Source of the DNA: Cryomorphaceae bacterium
Lineage (GTDB): Bacteria > Bacteroidota > Bacteroidia > Flavobacteriales > Schleiferiaceae
Direction of reading: 5' to 3'
Assembly: GCA_003445735.1 (NCBI GenBank)
Contig: DMCR01000172.1
Location: 4,464 to 33,239, forward strand
Length of the DNA stretch: 28,776 nucleotides
Within the stretch, counting starts at the first letter, position 1; every line of letters starts with the position of its first letter. The position numbers and the translations under genes were made by a program. Of this stretch, positions 8,723 to 16,378 are shown piece after piece. The notes under the pieces were generated by a model. It searched no databases and was not told the DNA's origin. It saw nothing but the letters and a program-made list of their open reading frames with translations.

Positions 8723-10575
8723 TAGAAATTTGGAATGTAGGTGGAGTCTTCGCCATAAATGGCTTTGTGTTGCGCCTTGTACTCGTCATGAAGATTTCCT
8801 TCAATCATGCGAAGTTCGAGGGTAGGACGCGTAATGGTATCAGTGAGGTACTTTTCTGTTATTAGACTTGCAATAGGTGCAGCCCAACGCGATCCCCAAT
8901 ATCCATTTTCGATGATGACCGCTAGTGCGATCTTAGGATTTTCCTTCGGCGCAAAGCTCACGAAAATACTGTGGTCCTGTCCGTGTGGATTTTGAGCTGT
9001 TCCCGTCTTACCACATTGTGTAATATGAGGTATGCGTGCGCCTCTTGCGGTTCCATATTCGAATACTTCAAACATCCCGTCTATAACTACTGGGAAGTGA
9101 ATTGAATCAACCGTGGTGTGGCGACGAACGTTGAAGTTGCTATCTATGGATCTTTCATCGCCAATACGCTTGATGATATGCGGGGTGTAGTAATATCCGC
9201 GATTGGCAATGGCGGCAACCATGTTGGCCATTTGAATGGGGGTCGCGACTAATTCTCCTTGCCCTATACCATTGCTCACGGAGGTTACACCTTTCCAACC
9301 TTTATAGCCAAGGAATCTATCGTAATAGGCGGTATCAGGGATATTACCGCGACGACCTGTAGGTAGGTCATTTCCCAAGAATTTTCCTAATCCAAAGCTT
9401 TTCACATGCTCGCTCCAGCGCTCAAGTCCTTCTCGGGAATTACCGCCTTTATCTACGGTGCGTTGGTAGACAGAACAGAAGTAGTTGTTACAGCTTTCCG
9501 AAATGGCCTTTTTTAAATCCAGCGATCCTCCTTTACAGTGGCAGGTCACATGGAGTTCGTCATAGTGAAAGCCATCGTAGCAGGTCATGGTTGTGCGGGG
9601 AGTAATTACGCCTTCTTGCAGGCCTACCAAGGCCCCGATAAGTTTGAAGGGAGAGCCGGGAGGGTATTCTGCCAAGATTCCTCGATCAAACAATGGTTTG
9701 TTGATGGAGTCGTAATAAAGGGCCGTGTAGTTTTGACTACGAATGCGCCCTACGAGATCGTTGGGATCATAGTTAGGTGAGGTAATCATAGCCAAAATCT
9801 CACCGCTCTCTGGCTCGATGGCAACGATGGAGCCGCGCTTGCCATGCATTAGGTTTTCTCCATAGAGCTGCAGGTCAAGGTCGATGCTGCTGACTAGGTC
9901 GACGCCAGGAGTTGGGAGTTCGTCAAAGGCGCCATCTTTCCAGTTGCCCAATTTTCTATTGCGGTGGTCCACAGTATAAAATCGTTTGCCTTGTGTGCCC
10001 TTCAAGGCCTCCTCATAGCTCTTGTCGATGCCGCTTTTACCGACCAAATCTCCCATGCTGTATTCTGGATAGGATCGGATGTAATCTGTATTCACCTCGC
10101 CGATGAAGCCGACAACGTTGGCGCCGCCCTTTTTCGGGTAATAGCGAAGTATGCGTTTTTGCACGTGGAAACCGGCGAACCTTTTGAGCTCGCTATTGAT
10201 TTTAGTGTATTCCTTCTTGGAAAGCATTTTCATGAACATACTGCTGCGGAAATGGCTATAGCGCTTGGCTGCAAGCAGGCGCTCTTTGATTTCTGCGACC
10301 TCAAGTCCCAGAAGATTGGATAGTGCAAATGTGTCCAATTCTTCTATCAAATATGGACTGACCATCAAATCGTAGGCGGGCGAGTTCCCGACCATCAACT
10401 TCCCATTGCGGTCATAAATATAGCCTCTTGGAGCGTAGAGTTTCTCGGCAGCAGTGGCATTACGCTCAGCTCGCGCGGCATAATCGTCATTAAGGATTTG
10501 TACTTGGAATAATCGGACCAAGAAGACCAACAAAATCAGGATTAATCCAAGGTAGAAGACATTATTTTTTCGCAT
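8722..10575 (-). CDS. mrdA: Penicillin-binding protein 2 (class B transpeptidase)
   Basis: APRGYIYDRNG, R.YP, G.SGI...YE; catalytic motifs SPFK (SxxK), SCN and KTG; mreBCD-rodA context. Confidence 0.96.
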   Translation of the reverse strand: MRKNNVFYLGLILILLVFLVRLFQVQILNDDYAARAERNATAAEKLYAPRGYIYDRNGKLMVGNSPAYDLMVSPYLIEELDTFALSNLLGLEVAEIKERLLAAKRYSHFRSSMFMKMLSKKEYTKINSELKRFAGFHVQKRILRYYPKKGGANVVGFIGEVNTDYIRSYPEYSMGDLVGKSGIDKSYEEALKGTQGKRFYTVDHRNRKLGNWKDGAFDELPTPGVDLVSSIDLDLQLYGENLMHGKRGSIVAIEPESGEILAMITSPNYDPNDLVGRIRSQNYTALYYDSINKPLFDRGILAEYPPGSPFKLIGALVGLQEGVITPRTTMTCYDGFHYDELHVTCHCKGGSLDLKKAISESCNNYFCSVYQRTVDKGGNSREGLERWSEHVKSFGLGKFLGNDLPTGRRGNIPDTAYYDRFLGYKGWKGVTSVSNGIGQGELVATPIQMANMVAAIANRGYYYTPHIIKRIGDERSIDSNFNVRRHTTVDSIHFPVVIDGMFEVFEYGTARGARIPHITQCGKTGTAQNPHGQDHSIFVSFAPKENPKIALAVIIENGYWGSRWAAPIASLITEKYLTDTITRPTLELRMIEGNLHDEYKAQHKAIYGEDSTYIPNF

Positions 10576-11068
10576 ATCGTCTCGCGGTTAAGCCGTGAAG
10601 TATGACGAGTAGGAGCAGGGTAATAAGGGAGGAGACCAAGGTGCGAATGAGCACAGTATCCAAATGCTGCAGGCCATAATTCTCCATGATAAAGAGAAAC
10701 AGATGGTGCAAAACCACCAGTATTCCGGCAGTAGTTAAGAATGCACCCAATGGCAGGGAGGCTAATCCCTCATCTTCTTCAGGTTTTCTAAAACCAAGAA
10801 GGGCATTTTCTAGAGAAGGTTTTGCCAAAATGAGCATGAGACAAGCTAGACTGTGAGCACCACCACTCTGTTCGAAGCTATCCATAATACTGCCTAAAAG
10901 GAAGGCAATAAGGAATTGGCGTTGGCGGCTCATGGGTTGAGGTAATAACATCAGTACCCAAATGTATATATAAGGGTTGCCGTATTGACTCAGAGGCAAT
11001 CCTTGCAAGAACGCCCACTGAAAAAGCACTACGCCGATGGAGGCCAACAAGAGTCTCAATGAATTCAT
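10562..11068 (-). CDS. mreD: Rod shape-determining protein MreD
   Basis: Highly hydrophobic 168 aa with NPYIYIWVLMLLP and FLLGSIMDSFEQSGGAH; sits between mreC and mrdA with overlapping ends. Confidence 0.88.
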   Translation of the reverse strand: MNSLRLLLASIGVVLFQWAFLQGLPLSQYGNPYIYIWVLMLLPQPMSRQRQFLIAFLLGSIMDSFEQSGGAHSLACLMLILAKPSLENALLGFRKPEEDEGLASLPLGAFLTTAGILVVLHHLFLFIMENYGLQHLDTVLIRTLVSSLITLLLLVILHGLTARRYAKK

Positions 11069-11856
11069 AACGTTGGATGGTTTAGTGAGTCTAGGGATTC
11101 TTGCTGGTGCAGTCTACACACATAAACCCAAGTCATATTTGCAAAGTCATGACTCAAGTTCACCTTAGCAATCCAGGTGAGGTCTTCGGGATTTTGCGTA
11201 GCACTTTCTACTAAACCTGCTACCACTGGTGGAGCAACACTAGCCCGAGTAAAGCTATATACAGTGTCCCCAGACATTGGGGGATGTTCGCGTTGCACAT
11301 CAAAAAGTTCCGCGCTGCGGTAATCACTACCTTCCCAACAAAGTTCACCCAATCCTTTACCTGGAATCCGAGCGCCAATGCTTCCCTTGGAATGGAGTAA
11401 AGGGATGATAGAGCTAAAGTTTTCACTGGTCTCCACTACAGTGCCAATCCAGCCTTGTGCAGACATGACACCCATACCAGGCTTTATGCCTTCGACTGAT
11501 CCAACATTTAGTAGCATGTAGTTATTACGCTTGTTGTAGCTGTATTCTATGACCTGAGCTGGAATGTAATCATAGGCCTCGTTCGTTTGAAAGGCTGGCT
11601 TATTACCTCCATATATGCTTGCACGAAGTGCAGCATTTTCTCTTGCCAATTCTTCATTTACAGATTTAAGTGCCCAATATCCTTTCCAGCTATTCAAAGA
11701 ATTTTGAATGCCAGCAATGGTTCCAAAGCCCATGGAATTAATTCGATGCTCTGCTACAGGATTTTTTTTGGTGTGCCTGAATAATGAAAGACCAATCAAC
11801 ACAATGAGCAGCAAAGTGTTTCGATACTTCGAAAGAAAAAGTATCAGTTGCCTCAT
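11065..11856 (-). CDS. mreC: Rod shape-determining protein MreC
   Basis: N-terminal TM, coiled coil NEELARENAALRA, NYMLLNVGSVEGIKPGMGVMSAQGWIGTV, GDTVY. Confidence 0.92.
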   Translation of the reverse strand: MRQLILFLSKYRNTLLLIVLIGLSLFRHTKKNPVAEHRINSMGFGTIAGIQNSLNSWKGYWALKSVNEELARENAALRASIYGGNKPAFQTNEAYDYIPAQVIEYSYNKRNNYMLLNVGSVEGIKPGMGVMSAQGWIGTVVETSENFSSIIPLLHSKGSIGARIPGKGLGELCWEGSDYRSAELFDVQREHPPMSGDTVYSFTRASVAPPVVAGLVESATQNPEDLTWIAKVNLSHDFANMTWVYVCRLHQQESLDSLNHPTL

Positions 11857-11865
11857 GGTATTCTA

Positions 11866-12894
11866 TTAGCTCTGTAGGATGGTCTTAAAATGCTCGAGAT
11901 TTTTCAATACAATACCCGTTCCACGCACTACCGCACGAAGTGGATCTTCGGCAACGTATACAGGAAGGTCGGTTTTTGTAGAAATACGCTTGTCTAGTCC
12001 GCGCAGCATGGAGCCTCCACCCGCTAGATAGATACCAGAGTTGTAAATATCCGCAGCCAATTCTGGCGGCGTATTACTCAATGCTTCCATTACCGCATCT
12101 TCCACTCTGGTAATACTCTTCTCTAAGGCACGACTAACCTCCTCGTGACCTACTTGGACTTGTTTCGGCTTACCTGTAAGCAAATCACGGCCTTGAACAG
12201 AATATGGTTCAGGCGCATCTTCTAAATCTTCTATGGCGGCACCAACAGCGATCTTGATGTTTTCTGCAGTTCTTTCACCCACGTACAAGTTGTGCTGTGA
12301 ACGCATGTAGAGTGCAATATCATTGGTAAAGACATCTCCGGCTACCTTAACACTCTTATCACAAACGATACCTCCCATGGCCATTACTGCGATCTCGGTA
12401 GTACCACCGCCGATATCGATAATCATATTTCCCTTTGGTTCAAGTACATTTACCCCAATACCGATAGCTGCAGCCATAGGTTCATGTATGAGGTAGACTT
12501 CCTTAGCATTAGCCCGTTCTGCGCTATCTCTTACCGCTCGCTTTTCAACTTCGGTAATACCTGAAGGGATACATATTACCATACGCAAGCTAGGAGGAAA
12601 AAGACGTTTTTTGAATTCTGGTATTCCCTTAATCAATTCACGAATCATGAATTCGGATGCCTCGAAATCCGCAATTACCCCATCTTTCAACGGACGGATA
12701 GTTTTGATGTTTTCGTGCGTTTTACCGTGCATTTGACGAGCTTCTTGCCCGACAGCAATAACTTGACCGGTTCGACGGTCTTGAGCAACAATAGAGGGGG
12801 AGTCCACTACTACCTTATCTTGGTATGTGATCAGTGTATTGGCCGTACCAAGATCAATAGCGATATCCTCTGTCATGAAATTAAACCAACCCAT
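11866..12894 (-). CDS. mreB: Actin-like rod shape-determining protein MreB
   Basis: IAIDLGTANT, IRPLKDGVIADF, EPMAAAIG, DIGGGTTE, LAGGGSMLRG. Confidence 0.99.
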   Translation of the reverse strand: MGWFNFMTEDIAIDLGTANTLITYQDKVVVDSPSIVAQDRRTGQVIAVGQEARQMHGKTHENIKTIRPLKDGVIADFEASEFMIRELIKGIPEFKKRLFPPSLRMVICIPSGITEVEKRAVRDSAERANAKEVYLIHEPMAAAIGIGVNVLEPKGNMIIDIGGGTTEIAVMAMGGIVCDKSVKVAGDVFTNDIALYMRSQHNLYVGERTAENIKIAVGAAIEDLEDAPEPYSVQGRDLLTGKPKQVQVGHEEVSRALEKSITRVEDAVMEALSNTPPELAADIYNSGIYLAGGGSMLRGLDKRISTKTDLPVYVAEDPLRAVVRGTGIVLKNLEHFKTILQS

Positions 12895-12900
12895 AGGAGA

Positions 12901-12908
12901 ACAAGTTA
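12901..12908 (-). promoter_or_regulatory. Possible internal promoter box for mreB
   Basis: TAACTTGT on the minus strand, 6 nt before the mreB ATG, in the 21-nt purH-mreB gap. The identical 8-mer occurs upstream of fbp. It deviates from the TAnnTTTG consensus. Confidence 0.3.
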
Positions 12909-12915
12909 AGAAAAA

Positions 12916-14421
12916 TTAGTGTTTGAAATGACGAATCCCTGTGGTAACCATCGTCATGCCGTGTGCATCACAATAGTCGATGCTTTCCTTGTCGCGAATA
13001 GATCCTCCGGGCTGAATCACACAGGTTATTCCAGCATTATCGGCGATCTCCACACAGTCAGGAAATGGGAAGAAGGCATCAGAAGCCATAGCGGCTCCTT
13101 TAAGCCTAAAACCAAAGCGCTGCGCTTTCTCTATCGCTTGGTTCAAAGCATCAACACGTGAGGTTTGGCCCGTTCCTGAGCCTAGCAATTGACCGTCTTT
13201 GGCAAGCACAATGGTATTAGACTTCGTATGCTTACAAATCTTTGCAGCGAATACGAGGTCTTCTAGCTGCTCTTGTGTTGGCGCTACTTTAGTCACCGTT
13301 TCCATGTTCGCTTTCGTTTCCGTCTTTGTATCTCCGGCTTGAACCAAGGTGCCGTTGAGTACTGTACGGACATTGAATGCTGGGATTGTATAATCCTTGA
13401 GGATTAGTAGCACTCTATTCTTTTTGCTCTTCAAGATCTCGAGAGCATCCTCATCATATCCAGGTGCCATCAATACTTCAAAGAACAAGGTATTCATCTT
13501 TTCGGCCGTCGCTTTATCTACAACGCGGTTTGCAGCAATAACTCCACCGAAGGCGCTTACCGGATCACCTGCTAGGGCGTCGTGCCAAGCCTGTGCTAGC
13601 GTAGGGCGTGTGGCCAACCCGCAAGCATTGTTATGCTTGATAATCGCAATAGTGGTTTCGCTGAATTCCCGGATGAGGTTCACAGTAGCATCAATATCAA
13701 GTAGGTTGTTGTAGCTTAATGCCTTGCCGTGAATTTGTTCCAGTGCGTCATCAAGATTTCCATAGTACGCTGCTTCCTGATGAGGGTTTTCACCGTAGCG
13801 AAGGATTTGCTTTTGGCGTCCGCTGATTTTGAGATCGAGGCGGTCCCCGGCGAAGTAACGGTAGATGGCCGTATCATAATTTGAACTCTCGTCAAAGGCC
13901 TCGAGTGCATATCTGCGACGGACTTCAAGTGTCGCACCTTCGTCACACTGTAACACTTGAAGAGCATCTTCATATTGCCCCATGTTGGAAATAATCCAGC
14001 AGTCTTTAAAGTTTTTTGCTGCCGCACGAATCAACGAAATACCGCCGATATCGATTTTCTCAATAATATCCTGTTCTGATGCTCCAGAAGCAACAGTAGC
14101 TTCAAATGGATATAGGTCCACAATGACCAAATCCATGTATGGGATATCGTATTCGCCCATTTGCGCTTGATCGCCTTCGTGATCTCTTCTTGCTAAAATG
14201 CCTCCAAAGACTTTGGGATGAAGGGTTTTCACTCGTCCTCCAAGGATAGAAGGATAAGAGGTAAGATCCTCGACGCGTTCCACCGCAATGCCGCGGTCTT
14301 CAATAAAAGCCTGTGTTCCACCGGTAGAATAAATGGTTGTTCCCATGGCATTAAGGGCATCGACGATAGGACCTAATCCGTCCTTGTGAAAAACAGAAAT
14401 CAAGGCGTTTTTGATACGCAT
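12916..14421 (-). CDS. purH: Bifunctional AICAR transformylase / IMP cyclohydrolase
   Basis: Real start MRIKNALISV at ATG 14421 (track start 14535 is an extension). GGRVKTLHPK, IDIGG, LRYGENPHQ, SDAFFPF, RHFKH. Confidence 0.98.
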   Translation of the reverse strand: MRIKNALISVFHKDGLGPIVDALNAMGTTIYSTGGTQAFIEDRGIAVERVEDLTSYPSILGGRVKTLHPKVFGGILARRDHEGDQAQMGEYDIPYMDLVIVDLYPFEATVASGASEQDIIEKIDIGGISLIRAAAKNFKDCWIISNMGQYEDALQVLQCDEGATLEVRRRYALEAFDESSNYDTAIYRYFAGDRLDLKISGRQKQILRYGENPHQEAAYYGNLDDALEQIHGKALSYNNLLDIDATVNLIREFSETTIAIIKHNNACGLATRPTLAQAWHDALAGDPVSAFGGVIAANRVVDKATAEKMNTLFFEVLMAPGYDEDALEILKSKKNRVLLILKDYTIPAFNVRTVLNGTLVQAGDTKTETKANMETVTKVAPTQEQLEDLVFAAKICKHTKSNTIVLAKDGQLLGSGTGQTSRVDALNQAIEKAQRFGFRLKGAAMASDAFFPFPDCVEIADNAGITCVIQPGGSIRDKESIDYCDAHGMTMVTTGIRHFKH

Positions 14422-14458
14422 GAAGCAGCGTGTTTTAAGTGGAAAATTTGAGAAAGGA

Positions 14459-14466
14459 CAAAAGTA
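14459..14466 (-). promoter_or_regulatory. -7 promoter box for purH
   Basis: TACTTTTG, a perfect TAnnTTTG on the minus strand, 37 nt upstream of the ATG. Confidence 0.6.
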
Positions 14467-14501
14467 AGGTTTTCGCTCCGCAGAATCTCTATGAAATACG
14501 C

Positions 14502-14509
14502 TAATTTTG
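14502..14509 (+). promoter_or_regulatory. -7 promoter box for the ABC permease gene (back-to-back with the purH promoter)
   Basis: TAATTTTG, a perfect TAnnTTTG, 18 nt upstream of GTG 14528. Confidence 0.6.
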
Positions 14510-14527
14510 AGGGAAATCCGATCCCCT

Positions 14528-15781
14528 GTGCGCACCTACTTCAGATTGTTAAAAGAGAGCTTCGTTTTCGCCTTTATTTCATTGGCTACAAACAAACTGC
14601 GCACCTTGTTATCCTTGCTGGGAATTACCATAGGAATTTTTGCGATAATTTTAGTTTATAGTATTGTAGACAGTCTTGAAAAGAGTATTCGAGATAGCGT
14701 AAGCCAATTCGGTGACAATGTCGTTTACGTTCAGAAATGGCCGTGGGGTGGAGGAGCGGATTTCGCTTGGTGGAAGTATTTGAATCGTCCCGTCCCGCTG
14801 AGTAACGAAGCTGAGTTGCTCAAGCGCCGAAGTCAATATGCTGAACACATCGCATTCGGCAGTTCACTCGGTGGTGCTACTGTAAAGAGAGATGCTTATA
14901 ATGCCACGGGTGTGGATGTGCTTGGCACTACGTTCGAGTATAATGAGATATGGAGTTTTGAGTTGGCTCAAGGGCGTTATTTCACAGAATCTGAAATGAA
15001 TGCTGGGCGGCCAATGTGTATAATAGGAGCATCTATTGCTGAAGGCTTGTTTTTGCCCGGTGAAGAAATTATAGGTCAGCGGATTAGCATTAGCGGGGTT
15101 AAACTCACGGTAATCGGTATTTTTCAAAAAGTTGGTGAAAGTTTGGTCGGTCAGAGCTACGACAATATGGTGGTGGTACCCTTTAAGAAAGTGCGCATGG
15201 TCGTGAATACCGACCGCAACGAAAGTAATGTAATCATGGCCAGCGCAAAACAGGGGATAACGATTGCCCAGCTGAAAGACGAGCTAACTGGCATCATGCG
15301 ATCCATTCGCAGATTACGCCCGGGTGCAGACGATAATTTTGCACTGAATGACCCCTCGCTCATCTCCAATCAACTCGACAGCTTATTCCGTGCCCTGGGA
15401 ATCATGGGAACTATCATCGGAATGTTCTCCATCCTTGTAGGTGGCTTCGGTATCGCCAACATTATGTTCGTCTCAGTTCGAGAACGAACGAATGAAATAG
15501 GGATTCAAAAAGCTTTAGGAGCGAAGGACTTTATTATTCTAAGCCAATTCCTGACGGAATCTGTGGTTCTTTGTTTGCTCGGCGGAGTTACCGGTCTTAT
15601 GCTCGTGGCACTGGGAGCCTACATTTCAGCCACAGTCTTTGACTTTGAAATCTTTTTAAGTCTCGGAAATATCGTGCTAGGATTACTGATGAGCGCAGGC
15701 ATTGGCTTGGTTTCGGGATTGATTCCTGCTTGGATGGCGGCCCGATTAAACCCGGTCGACGCCATTCGCATGCAAGCATAA
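14528..15781 (+). CDS. MacB/FtsX-family ABC transporter permease (no ATPase gene adjacent)
   Basis: GTG start MRTYFRLLKESF; NKLRTLLSLLGITIGI, MacB-type periplasmic domain (GRYFT..E), GGFGIANIMFVSVRERT.EIGI.KALGA, PAWMAARLNPVDAIR. Confidence 0.92.
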   Translation: MRTYFRLLKESFVFAFISLATNKLRTLLSLLGITIGIFAIILVYSIVDSLEKSIRDSVSQFGDNVVYVQKWPWGGGADFAWWKYLNRPVPLSNEAELLKRRSQYAEHIAFGSSLGGATVKRDAYNATGVDVLGTTFEYNEIWSFELAQGRYFTESEMNAGRPMCIIGASIAEGLFLPGEEIIGQRISISGVKLTVIGIFQKVGESLVGQSYDNMVVVPFKKVRMVVNTDRNESNVIMASAKQGITIAQLKDELTGIMRSIRRLRPGADDNFALNDPSLISNQLDSLFRALGIMGTIIGMFSILVGGFGIANIMFVSVRERTNEIGIQKALGAKDFIILSQFLTESVVLCLLGGVTGLMLVALGAYISATVFDFEIFLSLGNIVLGLLMSAGIGLVSGLIPAWMAARLNPVDAIRMQA

Positions 15782-15793
15782 AATTGGCTGCAT

Positions 15794-16252
15794 TTAATCT
15801 AGTCTAGCCGCCACAAACTCCACGACCTTATTCAACACTTCGTGGTCCTCCTCGGTGAACGGATTGATTTTGTGCGAATCAATATCTAATTGGCCCACCA
15901 AAACCTCACCCTTATACATGGGCACCACGATTTCGCTCTTGGTTTCTAGACTGCAGGCCAAATAGTTATCCTGTGCGTTCACATCTGGTACTTCGAAGGT
16001 CATACCGCTCACAGCGACTTGTCCACATATACCGCGTCCATAGGGAATAACCGTATGATCCGTATACGCTCCGACATAAGGTCCTATTTCCAATTGCTTT
16101 GCAGCATCATTCATGAAATAAAATCCCGTCCAGTTGAAATATGCCACCTCTTGATCCAATAGCTGTACCACAGCCTCCTGCAAGGCTTTACCACTTAAAT
16201 TATCTAGGTTATGCAGCTTCTCGAGCAAACTTTGGGCTTGATTTTGCGTCAT
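15794..16252 (-). CDS. Stand-alone GAF protein, free methionine-R-sulfoxide reductase (fRMsr/MsrC/YebR)-like
   Basis: Start MTQNQAQ at ATG 16252; NWTGFY, GPYVG, IPYGRGICG, VPDV, YLACS..TKSEIVVP, G.LDIDS. Confidence 0.85.
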   Translation of the reverse strand: MTQNQAQSLLEKLHNLDNLSGKALQEAVVQLLDQEVAYFNWTGFYFMNDAAKQLEIGPYVGAYTDHTVIPYGRGICGQVAVSGMTFEVPDVNAQDNYLACSLETKSEIVVPMYKGEVLVGQLDIDSHKINPFTEEDHEVLNKVVEFVAARLD

Positions 16253-16321
16253 ATAGGTGTATTGTTGATAGAATCCCTGTATTAAATTAGTAATCGTAGC
16301 ACGGTAATTGCTGTGCATTGG

Positions 16322-16329
16322 CGAAATTA
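16322..16329 (-). promoter_or_regulatory. Candidate -7 box for the GAF gene, lying inside an inverted repeat
   Basis: Minus-strand TAATTTCG flanked by GTGCATTG (16313-16320) and CAATGCAC (16334-16341). Strand is ambiguous because plus-strand GAAATTAG also resembles a degenerate box. Confidence 0.35.
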
Positions 16330-16378
16330 GCAACAATGCACCATTATAGCGCACTATCGTTTAATCCAAAACAATAAC

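Noticed and set aside
7460-14421. purH linked to mreBCD-mrdA-rodA as a novel association
   Set aside because: I recognise this as a widespread Bacteroidota gene order.
14422-14535. Track N-terminal extension of purH (likewise fbp to 24923, rsmA from 24792, GAF to 16354, permease from 14507)
   Set aside because: The extensions run through promoter boxes or the divergent gene; family homology begins at the downstream starts I list.
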